Source: Octopus sinensis (taxonomy: Eukaryota). Taken from it: a stretch of DNA of 64,000 bases. The translations under genes and the position numbers were made by a program. Below the pieces are notes generated by a model. The model saw nothing but the letters and a program-made list of their open reading frames with translations. It was not told the origin of the DNA and did not search any database. How positions within the stretch are numbered: the first letter of the stretch is position 1; each line of letters opens with the position of its first letter. Shown one piece after another: positions 52,131-64,000 of this stretch. Location of the stretch: NCBI RefSeq assembly GCF_006345805.1, contig NC_043000.1, forward strand, positions 57,970,001-58,034,000, written 5' to 3'.

Positions 52131-52295
52131 AATTTTAATTACCTTTTTCTGATGGTATCTGAAAAGAAACAGCAATTTTAGCAAAACATATTACACAACA
52201 CTAATAATAAATAAAAAATCATAAAAATAAACAAGCTTTTAATGGTTTTATAGATATTTCAAAATTCTGATGTTATGATGGATATATATATGTGT

Positions 52296-52606
52296 GGAGG
52301 CACAATGGACCAGTGGTTAGGGCAGCGGACTCACAGTTGTAGGATTGCGGTTTCGATTTCCAGACCGGGCGTTGTGAGTGTTTATTGAACGAAAACACCT
52401 ACAGCTCCACGCGGCTCCGGCAGGGGGTGGTGGCGATCCCTGCTGTACTCTTTCACCACAATTTTCTCTCACTCTTTCTTCTGTTGGCCTGCTCGCTTAG
52501 CCAGTGGAGTTGCATCATTTGAAGGCTAAAACAATGTGAAGCGCATTGTGACCAGCGATGTGTAACAACATCTGATAGCCTGGTCGGTCACAGTGATCAC
52601 GGTAAT
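52296..52606 (+). mobile_element. SINE family C
   Basis: tRNA-like head tggaccagtggttagggcagcggactc..ggtttcgatttcc. CpG-rich, so probably young. Confidence 0.75.
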
Positions 52607-52886
52607 ATATATATATATGGATATATATATATATGCATATACATATATATATGCATATACATATATATATATGCACATATATATATATATGCACATATAT
52701 ATATATATGCATATATATATATGCATACATATATATATATGCATATATATATATGCACATATATATATATATATATATGCATATATATATATGCACATAT
52801 ATATATGCATATATATATATATGCATATATTATATATATGCATATATATATATATATATATATGCATATATATTATATATATATGC

Positions 52887-52920
<34 letters not shown>

Positions 52921-53168
52921 GCATTATATATATATGCATATATATATATGCATATATATATATGTATATATATATATGCTTAAATATATATGCATATATA
53001 TGTATATATATATATATATATGCATACATATATATATGCATATATATATCCTCATCATGTATATATATATAATATATGCATATATATATATATGCATATA
53101 TATATGCATATATATATATATATATGCATATAAATATATATGCATATATATATATGCATATATATATA

Positions 53169-53222
<54 letters not shown>
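52607..53222. repeat. Irregular (TA)n-GC(A) satellite, unit ~12-16 bp
   Basis: gcatatatatatatat repeated with a variable TA count. Confidence 0.9.
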
Positions 53223-53223
<1 letters not shown>

Positions 53224-53942
53224 TTTGTTTGATATCTTAATCCAATTTCTTGTGATAATCTTGTTGGTGTTATGACGATCAAAACTACCTTTGTACAATC
53301 ATAGTCAAGAAAGGACACAACACATCCATTTGTGAATAAATGGATGAATGGAAAGATTGTGGGCAAAATTGACAATTGTAGTCTTAAGCTGATCACTGAC
53401 ACGCAATAGTCTTCCACAGCCTACTCTTCTTAAGATATATAATCTGTGAACATTTTACTCATTGGGGTAATATGCAATGACTTTTTAGAAGATAAACATC
53501 TGTTACCTTACTGTTCAATACTACAGAGCCATATATTATGGCTAGTGCTGAAACTGTGTTAACGTCACAGATGGCATTTTTACTGTTTAGATGTGTTTCA
53601 AAAACATTTCTTTGAATGTTAAAATACTCATTTCTCATTCACACATACGTTTTACTTTCCTTTCTGATCAAGTATTTATAGAAAGCAGAGTTGCTCAGCT
53701 TTTCTATTACTTCTTCATAAGTTCCAGTTCTTTTGTTTGAATTATACAGGCTTACTTCGTTGAAATGTCAACTTTATTTTTGCGTCTTTCTTGTCCAGAA
53801 GGACATTTTATTGTCCTGGCTGAGAAGATGGAGGAGGAAGAGGAGAAGGAATGACAGTCTTCATTAGCATTATCATCAGTATTACTATTTATTAATGCCT
53901 TGTGATATTTGTCCTAAATCCTTACATTCCGATTTTGATTTC

Positions 53943-54670
53943 CTACCAAATCCACTCACAAGGCTTTGGTCAGCCTGAGGTTATAGTAGAAGACACTTGC
54001 TCAAGGTGCCATGCAGTGGGACTGAACCCGGAACCATGTGGTTGGTAAGCAAGCTACTTACCACACACCCACTCCTACACCTATATGTTCAACTTCAGTA
54101 ATAAATTAGTATTTTATCGATCCTGGAGGGAGGAAAGGCAATTATAATGTACATAATTATTTATGTAACTGAATAACATCCCCAGTCAAATTGCAGTCCT
54201 TGCGCCTATTTTAGAAATAACTAGCCAGGTGCTAGCTCAATGTGACTGACTAACCTCTTCTTTAAATTTCTGACCTTGTGTGTAAATTAGAAACATTGAT
54301 CTGGCAGTATTGTTAGCATGCCAGAGAAAATGCTTAGTGGTATTCTGTCTGTTTTTATATTCAGAGTTCAAATTCTGCTGAAGTTGACTTTGCCCTTCAT
54401 CCTTTCAGGGTTGATAAATTAAGTACCAGCCAAATATTTATGCCTTGTGCCTATGGCAGCAAGAATTCTAATTGCCTTTCCTCCCTCCAGGATCGATAAA
54501 ATACTAATTTATTACTGAAGTTGAACATATAGGCGTAGGAGTGGCTGTGTGGTAAGTAGCTTGCTTGCCAACCACATGGTTCCGGGTTCAGTCCCACTGC
54601 ATGGCACCTTGAGCAAGTGTCTTCTACAATAACCTCAGGCCGACCAAAGCCTTGTGAGTGGATTTGGCAG
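53943..54670. repeat. Inverted duplication (arms 53943-54144 and 54469-54670) of a SINE A head plus flank
   Basis: About 200-bp arms with 6 differences by my count; identity extends beyond the SINE boundary. Confidence 0.85.
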
Positions 54671-54709
54671 ACAGAAACTGAAAGAAGCCCGTCGTATATA
54701 TGTGTATAT

Positions 54710-54915
54710 ATTCAAAATGTGATCTCGTGTGTACTGTTGGCGATTTTTTTCCTCTGTCTTCCCTTCTCTGGATCTTTCCTTCTCCTATGTTTCCGACGAA
54801 GAGCTCCGCTCGAAACGTTAAACCCTCCTTCTTTCCTGAGCGTCCAATAATACTATATTTGTTCCACGTCCTCGCGTTGTTGTGTTTTTTAGTGCTTTAT
54901 TGTTTGGATTAACTT
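54710..54915 (+). mobile_element. Probable Penelope-like terminal repeat, CpG-rich
   Basis: Contains the minimal HHR-like motif ccgacgaagagctccgctcgaaacgttaaac. Confidence 0.5.
54789..54823 (+). ncRNA. Minimal type I hammerhead motif with U4-to-C core variant
   Basis: Stem I gttt/aaac. CCGACGA plus an extra A. Stem II gagc-tcc-gctc. GAAA. Palindromic stem III acgt. Triplet GTT. Confidence 0.6.
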
Positions 54916-55419
54916 TGGTGTCATATGAATTATGTACCTTATGAAAAATTACATTCTATGTCTTGATATAATTATATGTATCTTTGCAATTAATGTTTTA
55001 TGGAAATATGTGAGTGGATCTTCTTAGTTAATACCGCGGCCTTGATGTCGTTTTGGGGGGGGCTGGATGTCTGCATGCATGTATGTGCAATCGGTTGGGT
55101 TTCTGTTTTTCCATGTGTATAGTTACGATTATACCTCTTATATTATTTATTTATGATTTGGCTGTGTATGTGGCTATGTATGTGTGTATGTGTATGGGTG
55201 TATGTGTGTGTGTATACATATAATTATGTATGTATGTACGCTGGATCTGTGGATGTGCATGTGCGTTTCTTGACTAACTAACCGTAAAATTTCCATTGTG
55301 ATTCAAATTTAAAACTATAAACCAATCGAATCTATCTAGGAAAATCAATATCAAGCGGACAGATGAATTAGACTTATTGATATGTAGATGTCTGCTTGCT
55401 TTACATGGTATAATCATGG

Positions 55420-55469
<50 letters not shown>

Positions 55470-55759
55470 ATTAATTTGATTGACTTTTTGTATGGTTATA
55501 CATTTTAATGAACTGGACTGTTTTATATATATATGTCTGCTTTAAATTTTAAATGTGAGTGTACATGTTTTTCCTTGATGTTAGTTATGGAACTAGGAGT
55601 CCAATATGGAAAATAACTGTGTTTGTTAATGTATACTGATATATTTTGTTTATATTGTATTATTGTATTAATGTGTATATATATATGTGTAGAATTATGA
55701 GTGTCTATGCACACATTTTTATATTTATATGTAAAATTTTTTTCACACTTATATTAAAT

Positions 55760-55870
55760 TCTCTGAAGAGGCTGTGAGACATCCTTGTTAATGTCTCATT
55801 TATACCTGCTTTATATGGCTAGTAGGTTAAATGAGACATACTTGTCTTCATGGCCGAAACAGCTGTCAGA
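55760..55870 (+). ncRNA. Type I hammerhead motif, intact core, with large structured stem II insertion
   Basis: Stem I tct/aga. CTGAAGA 55763-55769. 8-bp stem II ggctgtga/tcatggcc. GAAA 55856-55859. Palindromic stem III acagctgt. Triplet GTC (C17=55867). Confidence 0.7.
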
Positions 55871-56047
55871 TATGATGTAATTGTATTTTATATTTATATT
55901 TCCATGTCTAGTTATATTTGCAATATATTATGTATAATGTCATTGCTGTTATGTAATGGTGTAATAAAGTATTGATTGGGTATTATCTGATGGTTGATGA
56001 TTGATTGATTTAAGTATGTTTCTCCATTTTCTCATTTTGTATATTAT

Positions 56048-56069
<22 letters not shown>

Positions 56070-56080
<11 letters not shown>

Positions 56081-56292
56081 AAGTGTGTGTATATGTTTGT
56101 CCCCCCCAACATCACTTGACAACTGATGCTGGTGTGTTTACGTCCCCGTAACTTAGCGGATCGGCAAAAGAGACCAATAGAATAAGTACTAGGCTTACAA
56201 AGAATAAGTCCTAGGGTCAATTTGCTCAGCTAAAGGCGGTGCTCCAGCATGGCCACAGTCAAATGACTGAAACAAGTAAAAGAGAATAAAAG
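56070..56292 (+). mobile_element. SINE family A 3' half
   Basis: Colinear with the 3' half of 32554-32958. Confidence 0.8.
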
Positions 56293-56639
56293 ATATCAAC
56301 TAATTTCCCTCCCCTCAAAACTGCTGGCTTTGTGCCAAAATTGAAACCATTATCATCATCATCATTATTATTTTTAACAGTGAGCTAGTGGATTCATAAA
56401 CATGCTGGACAAAATGCTTAGTGCCAAGGTCGATATTGCCTTTCATCCTTTTGAGGTCAATAAAATAAGTACCAGTTGAGCACTGGAGTCAATGTAATCG
56501 ACTTACTTCTTCCCCCTAAATTACTGGCCTTATGCCAAAATTTGAAACCATTATTATTATTATTATTACCATCATCATCTTTTCTTTTTTGGTTATTTCG
56601 TACACTCACTAACCAAGTCATTACCTATGACTCAGAGCA

Positions 56640-56880
56640 AGTGCATGGAGGCACATGGCTTAGTGGCTAGGGTGTTAGACTCATGATCATAAGATTGTGG
56701 TTTCAAATCCCACCCTGGGTGACACGTTGTGTTTTTGAGCAAAACACTTCATTTCACATTGCTCCTGTCCATTCAGCTGGTAAAAATGAGTAATCCTGCA
56801 ACGAATTGGCATCCTGTCTAGGTGGGGAATATATATGCCATGTAAACTGGCCCTATGAGTCTATAACTTGGGAAAGAACT
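56640..56880 (+). mobile_element. SINE family D
   Basis: ggaggcacatggcttagtggctagggtg head and body match 34553-34802. Confidence 0.7.
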
Positions 56881-57654
56881 TCGCTTTGCTTTTTACTTTA
56901 GGGCAAGTGAAGGTAAGTGATTAAATGCTTTCAATTCCTCCCTTCACTGAACACTCAATATAACATCACAAAAACATTAAAGAAAAAACAAAAATTTTGC
57001 ATGTACATGATAGAAGTGTTCCAGTATATACACAAAGCAGAGATTAAAAATGGGTTGGTGAATGTATGATATAAAAGTTGAAGTATAGCATGTAAATATC
57101 AAAATAACGATGTAACATTGTAAGTAAAAAGTGATATTAAATATTTATGTATAAGTATTTGTATATACAAAATTCATTAGTATAGAGGTATATGAGTATA
57201 AATTAAGTGGGGAAATGCTGACACTTAGGACACATCAAATTGATTTACAAGTACTCTAGAATTTATTGCTAAATTGTGAAGGTTTTTTGTAGTATGTGTG
57301 CAGTGCTAATCAGTACAAATTTGTTTTAATTCACCTGGGATGTTACTAAGGTGTTTTTTCACATCTGTTTTTTTTATCATCGCATCTAAGACTCACATGA
57401 TGACTGGGATTTGGTTTTGTTTTTTTGTTGTTTTGCTTTGAGATGCCACATTTTTTAGCTTCTACCTCCAGACCTTTGGATTTACTTAATTTCTGAACTT
57501 CTTTCATTGATATCTTTTATCTTTTACATGTTTCAGTCATTTGACTGTGGCTATGCTGGGGCACCACACTGGAAAATTCTTAGTTGAATCGACTGACCCC
57601 AGTACTTATTCTGTTGGTCTATTTTGCTGAATCACTAATGTTTTTTTGTTTTTT

Positions 57655-57868
57655 TTTTGCCCACAAGGGGCTAAACATAAAGGGGACAGACAAAGGGATT
57701 AAGTTGATTATATTGACCCCAGTGCGTAACTGGTACTTAATGTATCGACCCCGAAAGGATGAATGGCAAAGTCGACCTCGGCGGAATTTGAACTCACAAC
57801 GTAACGGCAGACGAAATACGGCTACGCATTACGTCCGGCATGCTAATGTTTCTGCCAGCTCACCGCCT
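57655..57868 (-). mobile_element. SINE family B, young full-length copy
   Basis: CpGs retained (gtcgacctcggcggaatttgaactc) and A-tail on the minus strand. Confidence 0.85.
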
Positions 57869-57921
57869 TATCACTAATTTACAGGGATATAAACACAGGC
57901 ACAAACACTTACATATGTATA

Positions 57922-58129
57922 CGAGGGGGTACTAAAAAGTTCCTCACTTTGGGTAAAAGAAAATACAGGATGCTCAGGTAATTATGGTTTTTTTCAACAT
58001 ACCCCCCCTCTCAGATTCACACACTTATTGCAGCAGTCCTTCAGTTTTGTAAAAGAACTTGGAAAGTTGGGCCTCCAGCCAGGCCTTTCACGATACCTTT
58101 AAAGCCAGGAACTTTTCAGCACCCCATCC
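57922..58129. mobile_element. Mariner-type MITE
   Basis: TA-cgagggggtactaaaaagttcct ... aggaacttttcagcacccc; imperfect ~28-bp TIRs. Confidence 0.7.
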
Positions 58130-58539
58130 TATCTATATATATATTACACACACACACTCATATATATATATATATTGATAGAAATGGCAAGACAACAAAA
58201 GAATGAAAGGCTCCTTTCAGTTTCCATCAACCAAATCCACTCACAAGTTTTTGGTTGGCCTGTAGGTATAGTAGAAGAAACTTGCCCAAAGTGCCATGCA
58301 ATGGGACTGGACCTGGAACCATGTAGCTGGGATGCAAAATTCTAACCACACAGCCACAGTTTTTTTTTTCTTTAATCTGGTAGTATGTTCACATCAATTA
58401 ATTTGTTTCTGCTGTCCTTGACAATGATTCCAGGTCTATTTTTGTAAATTTTTTAGCTTGTGTTAACTAGGAAATCCCAAAGTGTTATCTTGACTGGCTC
58501 TAGGTAACGTCTGCACCAGTTCAGAGACTGCTTTTATAC

Positions 58540-58860
58540 CAAAATAGTTGCATATTTTCCACTGTAAGTACTGGCCAACACTATCATGGTAATTCTGATA
58601 TACATTTGATGTATGTACCAGATAACATAAGATGGGATGGTCTATTGTTTCATCAAAGTTGCAGAATGTGCATTTAGGTCTACACCATTTTTTAATATGT
58701 GTACTTGATAGATTCTGGTAAACAAGCTTTGGTTGAGTGCTACTAATGCAAGCCCTTCTGTCTGAACTGACAATATAAACCCTTCAGTCCTAAATTTTTC
58801 AGCCACTGAAGGGTTGTTCTTCTGGATTAAATGAGTATCTTTGCTTTGGAGTACTGTCTA
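58540..58860 (-). mobile_element. Degenerate R4/Dong-like (restriction-like endonuclease) LINE fragment
   Basis: Frameshifted WL..GLK.EG..NQSLFTRIYQVHILKNGVD..C..C.ET.DH..HDSVGQYLQW, resembling the region around the CCHC knuckle. Confidence 0.5.
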
Positions 58861-60009
58861 TATGGAAGGGTTTGTATTATTATTATCATTATAATTATTA
58901 TTATTAAGGTGGTGAGCTGGCAGAATTGTTACTGCGCTGGGCAAAATGCTTAGTGGCATTTCATCCATCTTTATGTTCTGAGTCCAAATGCCACTGAGGT
59001 CAACTTTACCTTCCATCCTTTTTGAGGTCAATAAAATATGTACCAGTTGAGCACTTGCTGGCCTTGTGCCAAAATTTGAAATCATCATCATTATTATTAT
59101 TATTTAGGTGGTGGGACTCCAACTCAGTCTATGACAGTTCTGTACATGGTACATTTATACATAGGAACTTATCTTGTTAAGCAATTACAATATGATATGT
59201 AAATCCTATTCAGATGTTCAAAGATTTATGTCTACATTTGTTTATCATTTACTGCTTTGTTATACTGATATTATCTATTTGCAAGATGAAAGAAAATCAA
59301 GAGAAAAAGATAAAATAAAGCATCTATCATGTAATCGCTATACTAATATTGTTTATTGTATTTTATTGTTATCATGTATACTGCATAAAGAAATTCTCAA
59401 TTACTCTTCATCTTTTTAAGCTCCAAGTACAGAGAACAGATTCCTTATAATTGCAATACTAAAATAAAAACAAATCTCCTGCTGCATTAATTATAGCCTC
59501 TACAGGATGAAAAACCATGTTGCTCATATTGACTTAGAGATACATAATTTAAAAATATTTTGAAAGTAACTTTTTGATTAAATTCAAGAAACTGCACATT
59601 AAACAAAACTATATGTCTACCATATTTAATATGAAATTCTGCTGTCCAATTAACACAAAATACTTTGTTGTCTGAATGAGCATTAATTATGCTCTGTTAA
59701 AAAAAAATGCTTTCTACTATAGGCACAAAGTCTGAAATTTTGGGGTAGGGGTTAGTCAATTACATTGCCCCTCCTCCCCAGTGTTGAAGTGATATTTATT
59801 TTATCAACCCTAAAATGATGAAAAGCAAGGTCAATCATGGCAGATTTTGAACTCAGAATGTAAAGCCAGAAGAAATGCTGCAGAGCATTTTGTTCGGTAT
59901 AATAATGATTCTGCCAGCTTACTGCCTTGTTGTTGATAATTATGATGATGATAATAATGATCTCTTTATTCACCACTAAGGATTCACAAAACAATATTAG
60001 AGATGGTAC

Positions 60010-60850
60010 CGTTCAGTACAATGTGGTATTATACAAAGAAGTGCAAAAAGTTGGAAAATGGTGATAATAAACTCTAATGATGAATAATTCCCCAAAAGAA
60101 GGAGGCTTCCAAGAACTGCTTGTGGAAACCTACAAGACCATGGTTGCCCTGACCAGTGGAGCAAGTGCCCTCTTCACATTGTCTTACTTCAATTTACAGG
60201 TGCATACTTAGAGTAGGCCCATTTACTCAAATAATTTTTGCCACATTCATACACATTTTAATAAAATTGCTCAGAGGCATCCCTTTCATTTCTACTCTCA
60301 CTTTCCTTTTCAAGTGAAACTTGTAAAAGTTGATGAAGGCTCAACTAAAGAGGAAAGTATCTGTCTTCAACCCTTTCAATCTGGTCTACCACACAACCTC
60401 TTTCACTAAGGCTGCCAGACAAATAAACACTGCTTGCCCTTCTTGATCAACGGAAGGAGGCTGAATGATCTTCACAATGGGCTTAGCTGATAGCTGGATC
60501 TGTCCTACATGTGACAGCAGGTGCTTGATATAAACCCACAAGTCAGCAATGCTCGGGGCATGGATAAGAGCATGTAAAACAGTTTTGTCACTCTGCATGC
60601 ATCTTGGGCAAAGCCCAGCTGACAGCACTTCCACAAACCCCAGTAGCACAACTAGGCCAAAGACTTCTGGAAATTATCCATGGGCTGTGGCCTGAAAGTC
60701 CTTCAGAACAAATCAGTCAGCTGATTCTCATCAATGCTCAGAGTCTGCCCAAGAACATCATCATATTTGCCTGCCAATAATCCTCTATAGAGTACCAAAG
60801 TGGAATTCCACCAAAAACATTGCTTAACTGAGAGTAGACCATGAGTGCTT
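60010..60850 (-). mobile_element. Tx1/L1-clade LINE ORF2 C-terminal fragment
   Basis: FQKSLA*LCYWG..CPRCMQSDKTVLHALIHAPSIADLWVYI (zf-RVT-like)..LAALVKEVVW*TR. Confidence 0.65.
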
Positions 60851-62237
60851 GATAATACCATAGAAACTATTGTCAGGTTTAAAGTAGCTTGTACCTTAAA
60901 CCTATTTTCATTACTATTATTTATCATAAATTTTGACAATCAGGAAGTAATTCATAACTGATGAAGCTATTTGCCATTCTTGGAGAGTTTGAAATCTAAC
61001 TACATCTTTACCCATTGTAGTTGTATAAAAAAGAAACAAAATGTGAGGGTAATGTAAGTATTATTTCAGTCAAAGTATTACAAAGAAAAAATAGTGTGGA
61101 TATTTGAAAGGGCCAACTTTTCTAATCACAACTATCTCCTTAGCTATCACATCAGATCAGACAGATTATGCATCTTAATGAAATTTAGCCATTCATTGCC
61201 TGGTACCCAAGTTGCCATTAGCAAATGTAAAAATGACTGATTACATCATCAATTGTGATACATTGGTGAAGTATTGGATGGTATAAATACAATTCCATAT
61301 GCAGTTTCATTATTCTGTATATACATGCATGAATATTTCTGATTGATTAAACATATATTATACAAGAAAAACAGAAACTATTTTGAAATGAATGCTTGAA
61401 TATATGCAATGACATTTTCACATGTTCTACTTTATTGTTCTGCAAGTGAAGTGTGACTTTGTATGGGGGAGTCTCAAATGTTTGTTTGCTTCAGTTTCTT
61501 AGGGGAGTGTGAAAGAATCACACTTAGAGCCATAAATGGATAGATGTGTAGGCAATTCTTTCACATTATACCGCAGTGCTACTTTTTGCAATCTACATAA
61601 TGAAATTTAGCTATTCCAGGATGGCTATCAAAATCAAATGGCATGAAGCAGTCATTAATAAAATAGTAAATGTCCCTTCAATATATAACACATGGATGAA
61701 ATATGCTAAAAATTTAAATAGGAGTAGTTCATTTTCCTTTCATCAATTCAAATATTACCTTTTTTATCTTTCTTCTCTCTGTCCAAGTACTTACTGTTCG
61801 ATTTCAATAAAGTCACTATTTTTGAAATGTGGAGAAGCTGAATAATATAGAAATATCCATTTGGTTACATACTTGGACTGTAATGAATGTTTGTATATCT
61901 TGAAAGTTTTATGCTTGAGTCATTTTTACATAAAAAATTTTGTTTATTGATGTTCATATAGCCTATGTGGTTGTAATGTAGATATGAATATCTATGTACT
62001 ACTATGAAACCACTCAAATATGTTTCTATACCTGTAAATGAATAAGTCTATATGTAAAAATTTCATATATATGATTACTTGAAAGTATATTATGAATGGA
62101 CATAAGTGTATTCTGTATAGCATATACATTAGTATTAATGAGAGATGGGCAATAAGAGTGCATAGATTTGCATTAGTTTATATTATGTGTAATTGTATAT
62201 ATGTGTGTATTCACACACACACACACACACATATATA

Positions 62238-63079
62238 CAGTGTGCGATGAGTAAATTATCGCCATTTCATATCTTTAATTTCATGAATCCGCATTGCTTG
62301 TTTTTGATTTTGTCAACTACTCAGTATAGTAGGGTCAGTTGGGCACCGTCTGTGACACAATTCACTCTTCCAGAGATTTGGAAATGACACATTGTACTGC
62401 TTGGCATTCATGTAGCTCCAATATGAACATTTCAGAGTGTTTGGGTGTCAATCGGAGGACATGTACCAAGGGTGATAAAAATCAAACATTCCATCAACAT
62501 CATGGTCTTTGGAGTGATCACTAGTGATGGTGATGCTATGCCTTTATTCATCTTCATACTCAACATAGAAGCCTACATCAAGTGCCTGGAGGAGGTAGTG
62601 CTGCACTGGGTCAAGAGGGTGGCTGCTGGAAGACCCTGTATCTGGAAACAGGACTCTGTACCATACTACACAAGCAGGAGAACCAAGTCATGACTATCAG
62701 ACAATTTCTGTAACCACATCACCCCTAACATCTGGCCACCTAACTCCTCAGGCAGCAACCCCCTTGATTATTATGTGTGGGGTGCAGTTGAGCGAGAGAC
62801 CAACAAAACTCCTTGTAACACCAGAGATAACTGAAGGCAAGGATTATGGCAGCATTCACCATAATCCTTAACATGGAGACCATCCGGAAGAGTTGCAGGA
62901 CATTCTGAAGCCGTCTGGAGGCCAGGGTTGAAGCGAATGGCAATTATATTGAATAAATATACTCTTTAGTATTTTAAGATATTTTTATGCAATTCTGATA
63001 AATATATCTGTTAAAATGAGATGTCAGTGTTATTTTCATTTTTGCATAATTTAGACAACAATATATTCACCACACCCTG
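62238..63079 (+). mobile_element. Internally deleted DD37D (maT-type) transposon with both TIRs
   Basis: TA-cagtgtgcgatgagtaaatt ... aatatattcaccacaccctg-TA. Fragments IMVFGVITSDGDAMP, WKQDSVP and HITPNIWPPNS..NPLDYYVWG. Confidence 0.8.
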
Positions 63080-63895
63080 TATATATGGGCGCATATACAT
63101 ATATAAATATATGTGAATAGATAAATGATAGAAAATGGACGACATTCTTTATTTAAAATCACTACAATTGTTTCAACACATTTTTACCTTTGTAAGCTCC
63201 TACTGTCATTTCACTCAGTATGAAAACGCATACCTAAATCAGTGTTTTACTGTTAGCGGTTTACAGACAAAACTAAACCCATAAATATAGTGACAAAGAA
63301 AATACAATTATAGTCAAAATACAAAATAGAAAAATAAAGAAATAGATATATAAGCAGGGTGGTAGGGCATGGTCAGATTATAAGGAAGAAAGTGCAAAAT
63401 GGAATGAAGAATAAAATGAAGTGTTTAGAGAAGATAAAGTGATGAAGAATGACCATTCCTGTACTTATCAACTGCTTCATTATTTCTTCGAAAGATCCAA
63501 ATTACCTTCTGTCTTTCACATAAAAAACAACTGGTTCCATTCTACATTCAAATCAGTCTCTATTGAAAGTTAACTTATGACCATCTAGCTTTTATATACT
63601 TTTTTTAATCAATCAGAAAAATAAGTAAGTAGGTATCTTCACCACCCCTGTATACTCACCTACAAGGTAATGTATACAGTGAATGAGAGTTGTACAGCAT
63701 ACTACAAGGTTTTTGCTTAAATTTTGTTTAACTAAGTATATGTGTATGATGGTATGCACCAATATGTACATATGTTTATGGATATATATATATCATTCAT
63801 GCACATTAACATTGCACATTCAACAAAGCATCGCTATTTCATTTCTCTTCACACAGTCTCTGCATTCGGTGCCCACATCTCACTACCATACAGTA

Positions 63896-63934
<39 letters not shown>

Positions 63935-64000
63935 CTGTATATAAGTGAAAAATTAATTTTAATTTCTTTTTAAAGTTATAGCTGTGCTCCAATATGACAC

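Noticed and set aside
53520-53575. Two hairpins flanking gaaa (gccatatattatggc; ctgtg..cacag), superficially like an HHR
   Set aside because: There is no CUGANGA core and no U16.1/NUH site.

Overview
AT-rich, microsatellite-dense eukaryotic genomic DNA. The tRNA-derived SINE families and the RTE-LINE 3' tails (ending ...catgctagcatggaaagcggacgttaaat(gat)n) match what I recall of Octopus genomes; the taxon is an inference, not a search result. Almost all entries in the ORF track are microsatellite or repeat artefacts. Supportable content is as follows. (1) Many SINE copies of about 6 families. (2) LINE fragments: RTE, CR1-like, Tx1/L1-like and R4/Dong-like. (3) Decayed Tc1 and DD37D (maT) transposons, plus hAT, piggyBac-type, mariner-type and Helitron-like non-autonomous elements. 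(4) A U6 snRNA pseudogene. (5) A few short candidate exons of unidentified gene(s), on both strands. The most striking unannotated signal is a set of type I hammerhead ribozyme (HHR) motifs from at least four different sequence families. Two have fully intact cores (562-622 and 55760-55870). One sits in a ~335-bp direct-plus-inverted repeat unit resembling a retrozyme or a Penelope pseudo-LTR (18.1-18.9 kb). Several long foldback palindromes and a 97%-identical local inverted duplication are also present. Repeat boundaries were read by eye and are approximate unless TIRs or TSDs are quoted.
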